Origin: Chiloscyllium plagiosum
Taxonomy: Eukaryota
Reading direction: 5' to 3'
Assembly: GCF_004010195.1 (NCBI RefSeq)
Contig: NC_057751.1
Span: 18,983,387 to 19,047,386, forward strand
Length of the DNA: 64,000 nt
A model generated the notes under the pieces. It was not told the DNA's origin. It worked only from the letters and a program-made list of their open reading frames with translations, and did no database searches. Position numbers and translations under genes: made by a program. Shown here one piece after another: positions 13,339 through 25,777 of this stretch (positions within the stretch are counted from its first letter, which is position 1; every line of letters begins with the position of its first letter).

Positions 13339-13838
13339 NNNNNNNNNNNNNNNNNNNNNNNNNNNNNNNNNNNNNNNNNNNNNNNNNNNNNNNNNNNNNN
13401 NNNNNNNNNNNNNNNNNNNNNNNNNNNNNNNNNNNNNNNNNNNNNNNNNNNNNNNNNNNNNNNNNNNNNNNNNNNNNNNNNNNNNNNNNNNNNNNNNNNN
13501 NNNNNNNNNNNNNNNNNNNNNNNNNNNNNNNNNNNNNNNNNNNNNNNNNNNNNNNNNNNNNNNNNNNNNNNNNNNNNNNNNNNNNNNNNNNNNNNNNNNN
13601 NNNNNNNNNNNNNNNNNNNNNNNNNNNNNNNNNNNNNNNNNNNNNNNNNNNNNNNNNNNNNNNNNNNNNNNNNNNNNNNNNNNNNNNNNNNNNNNNNNNN
13701 NNNNNNNNNNNNNNNNNNNNNNNNNNNNNNNNNNNNNNNNNNNNNNNNNNNNNNNNNNNNNNNNNNNNNNNNNNNNNNNNNNNNNNNNNNNNNNNNNNNN
13801 NNNNNNNNNNNNNNNNNNNNNNNNNNNNNNNNNNNNNN
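13339..13838. other. Assembly gap (500 N)
   Basis: Run of N. Confidence 1.
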
Positions 13839-15201
13839 AGAGATGAAATAACTTAAGGATCATCCACTGAGGCTTCGTGGGTGGAGCTAAGCAATAAGGA
13901 GGGGATGGTGATGTTATTGGGGTTGTACTATACGTCCCCCAAATAGTCATTAGGAATTAGAGAAAAAATATGCAGGGAGATTTGCTCCACAAGACTCCCC
14001 AATCAGGTCATCAGAGTTGGGATTTTAATTTTCCTAACATAGCCTGAGACTGTCAAATGGAGTGGAATTTGTTAAGTGCATTCAGGAAAGTTTCCTCAAG
14101 CAGTATATCAAGGGTCCAACTCGGGAAGGGCAAAATTCAACACACCATTAGAAAATAGGGTGGGACCAGCAATCATAGTTCTATTGATTTTAAAATAGTT
14201 ATGGAGAGGGACAAAACTGGTCCACAGTTTTAAGCCCTAAACTGGGACAAGGCGAATTCTGATAGAATTAGAACAGGAGATTGTAAGGGTCGACTGGAGA
14301 ATATTGTTTGCAGGCAAAGGGATCTCTAGCAAGTGAGAGGTCTTTAGAAGTGAGATCGCTAGAGTTAGAGATCTATGTTCCGGAGAGGCTAAGGGGTAAG
14401 GTTGGCAGGAATAGGAAACCTGGATGACAAGAGATATTGAAGCTTTGACCAGTCAAAAAAAAAAGGAGTTATGGCTCAGGTATCGGCAACTGGGATGAAG
14501 GGAATCCCCAGAGGTCTCCGGGGAATACATGCGTTTATGGAAGAAGGAAACAGGAGGGCAAAAAGGAGGCACGAGACGTTCTGGGCTGAGAAGATTAGGG
14601 TGAATCCGAAAAGGTACTTTAAAGTCTATTAAAAGGAAAAAGAAGAACTAGCTAAAGAATAGCACCTCTCCAGCAGCAAAATAGACATGTAGGTCTGGAA
14701 CCACAGGACAAGGCTCTGAATTAATATTTCTCCTCTGTGTTTACCATGGAAAAAGACAGGAAGACTTGGGATGTTCACTGTGATATTTTGGAGGACAGTA
14801 TTAAATGTATTAGAATGTATTAAAATGTGGATAAATCTCCTGGTCCTGACCAGATATATCCAAGAACACTGCAAGAGGCTAGAGAAGAAATTGCAGGGGC
14901 TCTGGTGGATAAGTTGAATCGTTGGCCATGGATGAGGTCCCAGAAGACTGTAGGGTAGTGAATGTTGTTCCGTCATTAAAGAAGGGCTGCAAATAAAAAG
15001 CCTGGGAATTATAGCCTAACATCTGTGGTGGGTAGGTTACTTGAGAAGATTCTGAGGAATTAGGTATACACACATTTGGAATGACAGGGCTTGATTAGGA
15101 ATAGTCAGGAAGGTTGACGAAGGTAGGGCAGTAGATGTAGTCTATATGGATTTCATTAAGGCCTTTGATATGGTAGGCTGCTCTGGAAGGTAGATCGCAT
15201 T

Positions 15202-15508
15202 GATTAGATTATATTAGATTACTTACAGTGTGGAAACAGGCCTTTCCGCCCAACAAGCCCACACCAACCATCCAAAGCGCAACCCACCCAGACCCACTCC
15301 CCTACATTTACCCCTACACCTAACACTACGGCCAATTAGCACAGCCAATCCACCCTAACCTGCACATTTTTGGACTGTGGGAGGAAACCCACGCAGACAC
15401 GGGGAGAATGTGCAAACTCCACATAGCCAGTTGCCTAAGGCAGGAATTGAATCAGGGTCTCTAGCGCTGAGAGGCAGCAGTGCTAATCACTGGGCCACCG
15501 TGTCACCC
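15202..15508 (-). mobile_element. HE1-type V-SINE
   Basis: Head, V-domain and tail; interrupts CR1 RT. Confidence 0.9.
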
Positions 15509-15757
15509 AGGATGACCTGGCAAATTGGATACAACATTGGCTTGATGGTCGGAAGCAGAGGGCAATAGTGGAAGAATGCATTTCAAATTGGAAGCCTTTG
15601 ACTAGTGCCGTGCCCCAGAGGTCGGTGCTGGGTCTGTTACCGTTTGGTATCTATATCAATGATTTGGCTGACAATGTACAAGGCATGTTTGCTGATGACA
15701 CAAATAGGCAGCATTGTGGACAGCGAGGAAGGTTATCAGAAGTTGCAGCAGGGAAAT

Positions 15758-16070
15758 TATTAGATTAGATTACTTACAGAATGGAAACAGGCCCTTCGGC
15801 CCAACATGTCCACATTGACCCTCCGAAGAGCAACCCAACCAGACCCATTCCCCGAAATTTACCCCTTCACCCAACACTACAGGCAATTTAGCATGGCCAA
15901 TTCACCTAACCTGCACATCTTTGGACTTTGGGAGGAAACTGGTGCACCCGGAGGAAACCCACGCAGATACGGGGAGAATGTGCAAACTCCACACAGACAG
16001 TTGCCTCAGGCGGGAATTGAACCTGGGTCCCTGGCGCTGTGAGGCAGCAGTGCTAACCACTGTGCCGCCC
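15758..16070 (-). mobile_element. HE1-type V-SINE
   Basis: Head, V-domain and tail; interrupts CR1 RT. Confidence 0.9.
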
Positions 16071-16769
16071 ATAAATAGACTGTGAAATGGTAAGTGGAAT
16101 TTTACAGGGATAAGTGACAGTTCAGGGATAGAGTATTATCACAGAGTGGAGTCACGGGTAGTCTTTTGGCCCTCTGGCCTTCATCAGTCAGGGCAGTGAG
16201 TTATGTTGTGGTTATGCAGGATATTGGCGAGGCCTCACTTGGAGCAGTGTGTTCAGTTTTGGTCACCTTGTTATAGGACGGATGTTATTAAAGTGGAAAG
16301 AGCGGAGAGGAAATGTACAAGGATGTTGCCTGGACTCAATTGCCTGATTTATACAGAGAGATTAGAAAAGCTAGGACCGTTTTCTTTAGAATGAAGGAGA
16401 TTGAGGGCCCTGATATAGGTTTATAAGATCACAAGAGGTATGGATAGGGTCAATGCACTTAGTCTTTTTTCCAATTTGGGAAATCGAAGACTAGAGGGTA
16501 TCAGTTTAAGGTTAGAGGGGAAAGAATATTTGGTACCCTGAGGGGCAACTTTTTTTTTATGCACAGGAAGGTGAATGTATGGAATGAGCTGCTAGCGGAT
16601 ATTGTTGAGGCAGGTACATTAACATTTAAAAGGTATTTGGACAAATACATGGACAGAAAAGAAATAGAAGGATATGGGTCAAGTGTAGCTAAAAGGGGTT
16701 AGTGTGGACAGACATTTTGGTCTGCATGGACCAGTTTGGACCAACGATCCTGTCTCTGTGCTGTCGGAC

Positions 16770-17322
16770 TTAGGTTAGGCCACATTCGGAATACTGCGTG
16801 TAACTCTGGTCTCCATCCTATCGGAAGCATGTTGTGAAATTTGAAATGTTTCAGAAAATACTAACAAGGATGTTGCCAGGGTAGGAGGATTTGTGCTGTA
16901 GGGAGAGGCTGGACAGCCTGGGGCTATTTTCCCTGGAGCTTCGGAGGCTGAGAGGTGACCTTATAGAGGTTATAAAATCAAGAGGGGCATCGATAGGGTC
17001 AATAGACAAGGTCTTTTACCTGGTGTGGGAAGTCCAAAACTAGAGGATATCAGTTTTTGGTGATTTAAGATTCAAAAGGGATCTACGAGGCAACTTTTTC
17101 ATGCAGAGCATGGTACATGTAGGGATTGAGCTGTCAGAGGAAGTGGTGGAGGCCGGTATGATTACAACATTTAAAAGGCAAGTGGGTGGGTATTTGAATA
17201 GGAAGGGTGGAGAGGGATATGTGCCAAATACTGGAAAATGGGACTGGATTTATTTAGGATATTTAGTCAGCATGGGAGAGTTGCACTGAGCGGTCTGTTT
17301 CCGTGTTGTATATCTCTATGAC
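16770..17322 (+). mobile_element. CR1 (HER1-type) 3' fragment
   Basis: ORF2 C-terminus and 3' UTR ending CTCTATGACTA. Confidence 0.85.
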
Positions 17323-18344
17323 TACGATGTGGCAAAGCAGCAAATATTAGATGCCTTTTTTTCAGCCAACTCCCCAGAAATAGTCTGAGGACAATGAATC
17401 CACTTCTGGACTAAATATTTTCTTGCCATAACTCTGCACCTGAAAGTAGTGGTGATGCTGACAATGACCCTCAGGCCCTGTGTTAATAAAGTACTGTAAC
17501 TCAGCAAACTTCAGAAAGTGTTCAAAGTTTTGTATTATATCATAAAAATATATGATTTTAACATTTACTTAGACCGTGCTATGGTTTGTGTTGGGCTAAA
17601 TCATTCGATTTTTACCGATGGTTTTGTTTTCTCCCTCCTCGTAGGCTCCATTATTTCTAATTCGTGAATTTGTATAACACAAGAACATGACAGCACAGTA
17701 CAAGCCCTTCGGCCCTCTATGGTTTCACAGGTTGGTGCAATAATCTGAAGCCTACATTTTCATCCATATGTGTATCCAATGACCCATTTAAATGCCCTTA
17801 AAGTTGGTGAGCCTATGACTGTTGCTGGCAGGGAATTCCACACCCTTAGTACTGTCCAAGTAAATAAACTACCTCTGACATCTGTCCTATATCTGTTACC
17901 CCTCAATTTAAAGCTATGCCCTCATTACTACCAGAAGAGGAAAAAAAGCTCTCACCGTTCACTCTACCTAATCCTCTGATCATCTTGTATGTCTCATTTA
18001 AGTCACCTCACAACCTTCTACTCTCCAATGAAAGCAGCCTCAGGTCCCTCAACCTTTTCCCAAAGGACCTTCCCTCCATACCAGGCAATATCCTAGTAAA
18101 TCGCCTCTAAACCTTTTCCAAAGCTTCCACATCCTTCCTATAATGCAGTGACCAGAATTGTGTGGCCACACCAGTGTTTTGTACAACTGCAACATGACCT
18201 CATGGCTCCGAACTCGATCCCTCTACCAATAAAAGCTAACACAGTGTGCCTTCTTAACAACATTATCAACCTGGGGGGTAACTTTCAGGGACCTGCGTAC
18301 GTAGATACCGAGATCTTTCCGCTCGCCCACACTACAACTAGCCT

Positions 18345-18550
18345 TGATTTGGAGATGCCGGTATTGGACTGGGGTGTACAAAGTTAAAAATCACACAACA
18401 CCAGGTTATAGTCCAACAGGTTTAATTGGAAGCATACTAGCTTTCGGAGCGACACTCCTTCACAATCACCTGATGAAGGAGCGTCGCTCCGAAAGCTAGT
18501 GTGCTTCCAATTAAACCTGTTGGACTATAACCTGGTGTTGTGCGACTTTT
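18345..18550. mobile_element. Penelope-derived fold-back pLTR element with hammerhead core
   Basis: ~77-bp inverted arms 18386-18462 / 18474-18551; imperfect TSD TACAACTAGCCT / TACCATTAGCCT. Confidence 0.8.
18467..18501 (+). ncRNA. Minimal type I hammerhead ribozyme motif
   Basis: CAC-CUGAUGA-A-GGAGC-GUC-GCUCC-GAAA-GC-UA^GUG: conserved core, stem II GGAGC/GCUCC, stem I CAC/GUG. Confidence 0.75.
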
Positions 18551-18769
18551 TACCATTAGCCTAGTACTCTTGGCTCCTGTTACTCCTTCCAAAGTGAATT
18601 ATCACATACTTTTCCACATTAAATTCCATGTGCCACCTCTGAGACCTGCTTTGCAACTTATCTATGCCCTTTTGTAACCTGCAACATCCTTCGGCACTGT
18701 CCACAACTCCACCGACCTTAGTGTCACCTGTAAAATTTACTAACCCATCCGTCAACACCCTCATCCAGA

Positions 18770-20776
18770 CTGACGAGGGAAGTTAAGAAACATAAAGTTA
18801 AAAGAGAAAATGTATAACATAGCAAAGATAAGTGGGAAAACGGAGGACTGGGAAGCTTTTAAAGAACAACAGAGGATTACTAAGAAGGAAATATGCAGAG
18901 AAAACATGAGGTACAAAGGTAAACTGGCCAATAACATAAAGGAGGATAGTAAAAGTATTTTTAGGTATGTGAAAAGCAAAAAAATGGTTAAGAATAAAAT
19001 TGGGTCCTTGAAGACAGAAACAGGGGAATATATTACAGGGAACAAAGAAATGGCATAAGAATTGAATTGGTACTTCAGATCTGTGTTCACTGGGGAAGAC
19101 ACAAGCAATCTCCCTGAGGTAACAGTGGCTGAAGGACCTGAACTTAAGGGAATTTATATTTGCCAGGAATTGGTGTTGGAGAGAGTGTTAGGGCTGAAGG
19201 TTGATAAGTCCCCAGGGCCTGGTGGTCTACATCCCAGGGTACTGAAGGAGGTGGCTCGAGAAATCGTGGATGCGTTGGTGATTATTTTCCAGAGTTCGAT
19301 TGATTCAGAATCAGTTCCTGCTGATTGGAGGGCGGCTAATGTTGTACCACTTTTTAAGAAACGTGGGAGAGAGAAAGCAGAAAATTATAGACCAGTTAGT
19401 CTGACTTCAGTGGTGGGAAGATGTTGGAGTCTATTATAAAGGATGAAATTACTACACATCTGGATAGTAGTAACAGGATAGGTCAGAGACAGCATGGATT
19501 TATGAAGGGGAAATCATGCCTGACTAATCTTCTGGAATTTTTTGAGAATGTAACTCTGAAGATGGACGAGAGAGATCCAGTGGATGTACTGTACCTGGAC
19601 TTTCAGAAAGCTTTTGATAAAGTCCCACATAGGAGGTTAGTGAGCAAAATTAGGGCGCACGGTATTGGGGGAAAAGTACTAACTTGGATTGAAAGTTGGT
19701 TGGCTGATAGGAAACAAAGAGTAGCGATAAATGGCTCCATTTTGGAATGGCAGGCAGTGACCGGTGGGGTACCGCAGTGATCAGTACTGGGACCGCAGCT
19801 TTTTACAATATATGTTAATGACATAGAAGATGGTATCAGTAATAACATTAGCAAATTTGCTGATGATACTAAGCTGGGTGGCAGGGTGAAATGTGATGAG
19901 AATGTTAGGAGATTACAAGGTGACCTGGACAAGTTAGGTGAGTGGTCAGATGCATGGAAGATGCAGTTTAATGTGGATAAATGTATGGTTATCCACTTTG
20001 GTGGCAAGAACAGGAAGGCAGATTACTACCTAAATGGAATCAATTTAGGTAAGGGGCAGTACAGAGAGATCTGGGTGTTCTTGTACACCAGTCAATGAAG
20101 GTAAGTATGCAGGTACAGCAGATAGTGAAGAAGGCTAATAGCATGCTGGCCTTCATAACAAGAGGGATTGAATATAGAAGCAAAGAGGTTCTTCTGCAAC
20201 TGTACAGGGCCCTGGTGAGACCACACCTGGAGTACTGTGTGCAGCTCTGGCCTCCAAATTTGAGGAAAGACATTCTGGCTATTGAGGGAGTGCAGCGTAG
20301 GTTCACGAGGTCAATTCCTGGAATAGCGGGATTACCTGACACTGAAAGACTGGAGGGACTGGGCTTGTATATCCTTGAGTTTAGAAGACTGAGAGGGGAT
20401 CTGATTGAGACAATAAGATTGTGAAAGGATTGGACACTCTGGCAGCAAGAAACATGTTTCCGCTGATGGGTGAGTGCCGAACCAGAGGACACAACTTAAA
20501 AATATGGGGTAGACCATTTAGGACAGAGATGAGGAGAAACTTCTTCACCCAGAGAGTGGTGGCTGTGTGGAATGCTCTGCCCCAGAGGGCAGTGGAGGCC
20601 CAGTTTCTGGATTAATTTAAGAAAGAGTTGGATTGAGCTCTCAAGGTTTGTGGAATCAAGAGTTATGGAGATAAGGCAGGAACAGGATACTGATAAGGAT
20701 GATCAGCCATGATAATACTGAATGGTGGTGCAGGCTCGAAGGGCAGAATGGCCTACTCTTGCACCTATTGACTATA
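18770..20776 (+). mobile_element. Relatively young CR1 LINE, 5'-truncated, near-complete RT
   Basis: Contiguous ORFs: KSPGPGGLHPRVLKE, NYRPVSLTSVVG, QHGFMKGKSCLTNLLEFF, YLDFQKAFDKVPH, GVPQ, FADDTK, LVRPHLEYCVQ. Confidence 0.93.
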
Positions 20777-21242
20777 GTCTATTTATAAAAATGATCAACA
20801 GCAGTGGCCCCAAAACAAATCCTTGCGGTATACCACTAGTGTCTGAACTCCAGGATGAACATCTCCCATCAACCACCACCTTCTATCTTTTTTCAGCTCA
20901 CCAATTTCTGATCTAAACCACCAGATCACCCTCAATCCCATGCTTCCACATTTTTTGCAATAGTCTACCATGGGGACCCTCATCAGCTGCCTTACTGAAA
21001 TCCATATACACCATATCAACCGTTTTACCTTTATTCACCTGTTTCGTCACCTACTTAAAGAACTTAATCAAGTTTGTGAGGCACAACCCACCCTTCACAA
21101 AACAGTGTTGACTATCCCTGATCAGAATTATTCCTTTCTTTTTCCAACACTTTAACCACAACCAAAGTAAGGCTCACAGGTCTACAAATTACCAGTGTTG
21201 TGTCTACTCCCCTTCAAGGGGCCATTTGCTATCCTCCAGCCT

Positions 21243-21830
21243 TAGAACATAGAACAATACAGCGCAGAACAGGCCCTTCAGCCCTCGATATTGTGCCGAC
21301 CTGTGAACTATTGTCATCTCGTCCCCCTACACTATCCCATCATCATCCATGTGCTTATCCAAGGATTGTTTAAATCTCCCTAATGCAGCTGAGTTGACTA
21401 CATTAGCAGGTAGAGCATTCCACGCCCTTACCACTCTCTGCGTAAAGAACCTGCCTCTGACATCTGTCTTGAATATATCACCCCTCAATTTGTAGTTATG
21501 CCCCCTCATACAAGCTGAAGGAAAAAGGATATCTGCTCTATCTAATCCTCTGATCATCTTGTCTCGATCAAATAGTCTCTTAGCCTTCTTCTTTCCAATG
21601 AGAACAGACGCAAGTCTCTCAGCCTTTCCTCATAAGACCAGGCAACATCCTGGTAAATCTCCTCTGCACCTTTTAAATGCTTCCACATGCTTCCCGAAAT
21701 GTGGGAACAAGAACTGTACGCAATATTCCAAGTGAGGCCACACCAGCGTTTTGTATAGTTGCAGCATAATATTGCGGCTCCGGAACTCAATCTCTCTACG
21801 AATGAAACCTAACACACTGTATGCCTCCTT
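21243..21830 (-). mobile_element. CR1 LINE 3' end
   Basis: LYKTLVWPHLEYCVQF; GHNYKLRG..FFTQRVVRAWNALP; GTTCTATGTTCT tail. Confidence 0.88.
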
Positions 21831-21946
21831 CTGGCACTATTCCTGTAGATCACAGGAAAACAGATTTGTACCAGGAAGCTCAGCTGGCATGAGAGTGAAG
21901 TTGACCATTGGGACAGATCAATTATCATTCTGCAGGCTGGAGGGGC

Positions 21947-22217
21947 TGTCCAAGTAATGAAACTACCTCTGACATCTGTTACCCCTCAATTTAAAGCTAT
22001 AACCCCTCATTACTACCAGAAGAAAAAAACTCTCACTGTTCACTGTACCTAATCCTCTGATCATCTTCTATGTCTTTTTTAAGTCACCTCAACCTTCTAC
22101 TCTCCAACGAAAACAGCCTCAAGTCCCTCAGCCTTTCCCCATAAGACCTTCCCTCCTCACCACACAACATCCTAGTAAACCGCCTCTAAAACCTTTCCAA
22201 AGCTTCCACATCCTTCC
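21947..22217 (-). mobile_element. CR1 3' fragment closely matching 17853-18138
   Basis: Shared strings TGTCCAAGTAA and CTCATTACTACCAGAAG. Confidence 0.7.
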
Positions 22218-22219
22218 AG

Positions 22220-22563
22220 TTGGAGGGGTTGCTGCGGCTGTGGAGGTTGCTGGAGCTGTGGGGGTTGCTGGAGCGGAGGGGGTCGCTGGGGCTGTGGGGG
22301 TCGCTGGGGCTGCTGGAGCTGTGGGAGTTACTGGAGCTGTGGGAGTTGCTGGGGCTGTGGGGGCTGCTGGAGCTGTGGGGGCTGCTGGAGCTGTGGGGGC
22401 TGCTGGGGGTTGCTGGAGCTGTGGGGGCTGCTGGGAGTTGCTGGGGCTGTGGGGGCTGCTGGGGCTGTGGGGGTTGCTGGGGCTGTGGGAGCTGCGGGAG
22501 TTGCTGGGGCTGTGGGAGTTGCTGGGGCTGTGGGGGCTGCTGGGGCTGTGGGGGCTGCTGGGG
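22220..22563. repeat. G-rich minisatellite, ~18-bp unit GCTGTGGGGGCTGCTGG(G/A) built from 9-bp subunits
   Basis: About 19 imperfect tandem units seen directly. Confidence 0.95.
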
Positions 22564-22825
22564 CTCCTCCGCTTCTCTCCCAGCGCCGCCGCGTTTGTGC
22601 TGAGGCGGAAGTACAGCTTACCTTCAGGAACGTTGAACAACTGAGGGCCAAAACAACGCTCCGCTTCCGGTAATAACCCGGGGAACGTGGCACGTGGCCC
22701 GACTGAACAATCAACATCGAAACCGCAGGGGGCGGGGCGACGGTCGAGTCACGTGACTGCTCGCTCCGCCCCCTCCTGTCGCCACGGTTGTCAATCATCT
22801 GTCAACAACCAATAGGACGTCGAGG
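22564..22825 (-). promoter_or_regulatory. CpG-island, TATA-less housekeeping-type promoter
   Basis: Unusually CpG-dense unique stretch; ETS-like sites (GCGGAAGT 22605, GCTTCCGGT 22663), E-boxes CACGTG 22691 and GTCACGTGAC 22748, GC boxes 22728 and 22766, CCAAT 22809. Confidence 0.75.
22622..22680 (-). other. Probable non-coding first exon of a leftward host gene (5' boundary approximate)
   Basis: Consensus donor AAG|GTAAGC on minus strand at 22622/22621 just downstream of the promoter motifs; no ATG. Confidence 0.45.
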
Positions 22826-23120
22826 TTAAAAATCACACAACCCCCGGTTGAGTTGGAAGCGCGGGAGCTTTCGGAGCGTGGCTCCTCCATCCGGTGCGAG
22901 ACAGCTCCCACTCTCCCGCCAAGATCAGAGCGGTGCTGGGAAAGCACAGCAGCTCAGGCAGCATCCGAGGAGCAGGAACATCCACATTTTGGGCAAAAGC
23001 CCTTCATCAGGAATAGAGCCAGGAAGCCTCCAGGGCGGAGAGATAAATGGGGGGGAGGTAGCAAAGAGTACAATAGGTGAATGGGGATGGGGGTGAGAGG
23101 TCAGAGGGGAGGGGGGAGCG
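22826..23120 (-). mobile_element. Two Penelope pLTR fragments with degenerate hammerhead cores
   Basis: 22826-22895 resembles the 18345 element; 22923-23120 resembles the 48552/49580 pLTR (CCTGATGAAGGGCTTTTGCCCAAAA on minus). Confidence 0.7.
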
Positions 23121-23180
23121 GGAAGAAGGCAAATCCATTGCCGATTGTTGGGAAAACCCACTTTATTCATTAATGCCTTT

Positions 23181-24845
23181 TTAGTGGCTCAGTGGTTAGC
23201 ACTGCTGCATCTCAGTGGCAGGGACCCGGGTTCAATTCCTGCCTGGTGTTCGCGCATTCTCCCCGTGTCTGCGTGGGTTCCCTCCGGGTGCTCCGGTTTC
23301 CTCCCTCAGTGCAAAGATGTGCAGGTTCGGGTGGATTGGCCGTGCTAAATTACCCATAGTGCTCAGGGATGTGCAGGTTAGGGTGGATTGGCCATGCTAA
23401 ATTACCCATAGTGCTCAGGGATGTGCAGGTTAGGGTGGATTGGCCNNNNNNNNNNNNNNNNNNNNNNNNNNNNNNNNNNNNNNNNNNNNNNNNNNNNNNN
23501 NNNNNNNNNNNNNNNNNNNNNNNNNNNNNNNNNNNNNNNNNNNNNNNNNNNNNNNNNNNNNNNNNNNNNNNNNNNNNNNNNNNNNNNNNNNNNNNNNNNN
23601 NNNNNNNNNNNNNNNNNNNNNNNNNNNNNNNNNNNNNNNNNNNNNNNNNNNNNNNNNNNNNNNNNNNNNNNNNNNNNNNNNNNNNNNNNNNNNNNNNNNN
23701 NNNNNNNNNNNNNNNNNNNNNNNNNNNNNNNNNNNNNNNNNNNNNNNNNNNNNNNNNNNNNNNNNNNNNNNNNNNNNNNNNNNNNNNNNNNTGCTAAATT
23801 ACCCATAGTGCAGGGATGTGCAGGTTGGGGTGAATTGGCCATGCTAAATTACCCATAGTGCTCAGGGATGTGCAGGTTGGGGTGAATTGGCCGTGCTAAA
23901 TTACCCATAGTGCTCAGGGATGTGCAGGTTCGGGTGGATTGGTAATGCTAAATTACCCATAGTGCTCAGGGATGTGCAGGTTTGGGTGGATTGGCCGTGC
24001 TAAATTACCCATAGTGCCCAGGGATGTGCGTTCGGGTGGATTGGCCATGCTAAATTACCCATAGTGCCCAGGGATGTGCAGGTTAGTGTGGAATGGCCAT
24101 GCTAAATTACCCCTAGTGCACAGGGATGTGCAGGTTAGGGTGGATTGACCATGCTAAATTACCCCTAGTGCACAGGGATGTGCAGGTTATGGTGGATTGG
24201 CCATGGTAAATTACCCATAGTGCTCAAACATGTGCAGATTAGGGTGGATTGGCCATGCTAAATTACCCATAGTGCTCATGGATGTGCAGGTTTGGGTGGA
24301 TTGGCTTTGGGAAATTACCCATAGTGCTCAGACATGTGCAGGTTAGGGTGGATTGGCCATGCTAAATTACCCATAGTGCTCAGGGATTTGCAGGTTAGGG
24401 TGGATTTTGGCTGAAGCCGGGTGCAACTATTACAGCTTGTCTGTTGTTCTGCTAATCAGGGCTCCCACATTGTGGATCAAGATGTTTCGTGGAACTTCTC
24501 TCCCCTCTTTCATTTCGATAAATGTGAGATGTTGCATTTTGGTAAGGAAGGACTTATGCAGTTGATAGACAATAGACAGTCGGTGCAGGAGTAGGCCATT
24601 CGGCCCTTCGAGCCAGCACTACCATTCAATATGATCATGGCTAATCATCCTCAATCAGTATCCTGTTCCTGCCCATAGTGCTCAGGGATGTGCAGGTTAG
24701 GGTGGATTGGCCGTGCTAAAATGCCCGTAGTGTTAGGTGCATTAGTCAGGGGTAAATGTAGGGTCTTGGGTGGGTTGCTCTTCGGCAGGTTGGTGTGGAC
24801 TTGTTGGGTCGAAGGGCCTGTTTCCACACTGTAGGGAATCTAATC
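23181..24845 (+). mobile_element. HE1-type SINE with internal 52-bp tandem array (~15 visible units plus a gap) and a 271-bp captured insert
   Basis: SINE head ~23181-23316, array 23317-24405, insert 24403-24673, array and SINE tail resume. Confidence 0.9.
23446..23791. other. Assembly gap (346 N) inside the 52-bp array
   Basis: Run of N flanked by array units. Confidence 1.
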
Positions 24846-25272
24846 ACAAATTCTCTCGTGCTGAATTGATCCCACTAGCCACTCCAGAATATCTTTCCTC
24901 AATGAAGAATGTACAAATAGAAACTGCAGATGATGGATATTTGAAACACAAACAGAAAGACCTGGAGAAAGGGAAACAGATTGAATTGATTGCTCCTTCA
25001 CTGGACCAAAAGCGTTAACTCGGTTTCTATCAATTGTCCACAGTGTAAGTGCCAGCTTTGTACCTGTACTGAACACAGCATTAAAATTCACACAAAACCA
25101 TGTTATAGTCCAAAAGGTTAATTTAGCTGTATGAGCTTTCTGAGTTCTGCTCCTTCGTCAGGTAGCTTGGCAAAGCATTTGGCTAGTTTTGCAGGAAAAG
25201 ACTTCAGGCTCTTGCCATTGCCTTGCTGGCGTCCATATCCTTTGCAGAGTCCAATACCCTCAACTGTTTAAG

Positions 25273-25777
25273 AGTGGCATGGTGGCTTAGTGGTTAGCAC
25301 TGCAGCCTCACGGTCCTAGGTTCGATTCCAGCCTCGGGTGACTCTCTGTGTGGAGTTTGCACTTTCCCCCCGTCTCTGCAGGTTAGGGTGGATTGGCCAT
25401 ACTAAATTACCCATAGTGTTCAGGGATGTGCAGGTTAGGGTGAATTGGCCATGCTAAATTACCCATTGTGCTCAGGGATGTGCAGGTTAGGGTGAATTGG
25501 CCATGCTAAATTACCCATAGTGCTCAGGATGTGCAGGTTAGGGTGAGTTTGGCCATGCTAAATTACCCATAGTGTTCAGGGATGTGCAGGTTAGGGTGAA
25601 TTGGCCATGCTAAATTACCCATAGTGCTCAGGGATGTGCAGGCTAAGATGGATTGGCCATGCTAAATTACTCATAGTGTTAGATGCATTCGTCAGAGGGA
25701 AATGGGTCTGGGTGGATTATTCTTCGGAGGGTCGAAGGGCCTGTTTCCATGCTGTGGGGAATCTAATCTAGTCTAAT
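25273..25777 (+). mobile_element. HE1-type SINE with ~6 x 52-bp internal array
   Basis: Head with B-box GGTTCGATTCC, array 25378-25680, tail. Confidence 0.9.

Larger units (their letters stand above)
13839..16770 (+). mobile_element. Decayed CR1 LINE ORF2 + 3' UTR, interrupted by two SINEs
   Basis: Endonuclease motifs at 13870-14200, SAVPQRSVLG..INDL..FADDT at 15568-15705, RPHLEQCVQFWSP. Confidence 0.85.
17680..21243 (-). mobile_element. CR1 LINE RT/3' end (minus), split by two insertions (18345-18550 and 18770-20776)
   Basis: FTGDTKVGGVVDS..WHMEFNVEK (18561-18764); RT resumes at ~20777-21243. Confidence 0.8.

Noticed and set aside
13216..13950. Long ORFs across N runs (also 23369-23858 and 56595-57572)
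   Set aside because: Artefacts of assembly gaps
17568..17680. Second exon of the leftward gene (MEPTRREKTKPS) or plus-strand terminal exon (APLFLIREFV*)
   Set aside because: Both strands give plausible but weak signals; peptides unrecognised; undecidable without transcripts
22128..22798. Ala/Gly/Pro-rich ORFs resembling elastin or mucin
   Set aside because: By-product of the 18-bp minisatellite, open in many frames
23317..24405. Regular 52-bp repeats as a CRISPR array
   Set aside because: Head-to-tail units without unique spacers, eukaryotic context, derived from the SINE core
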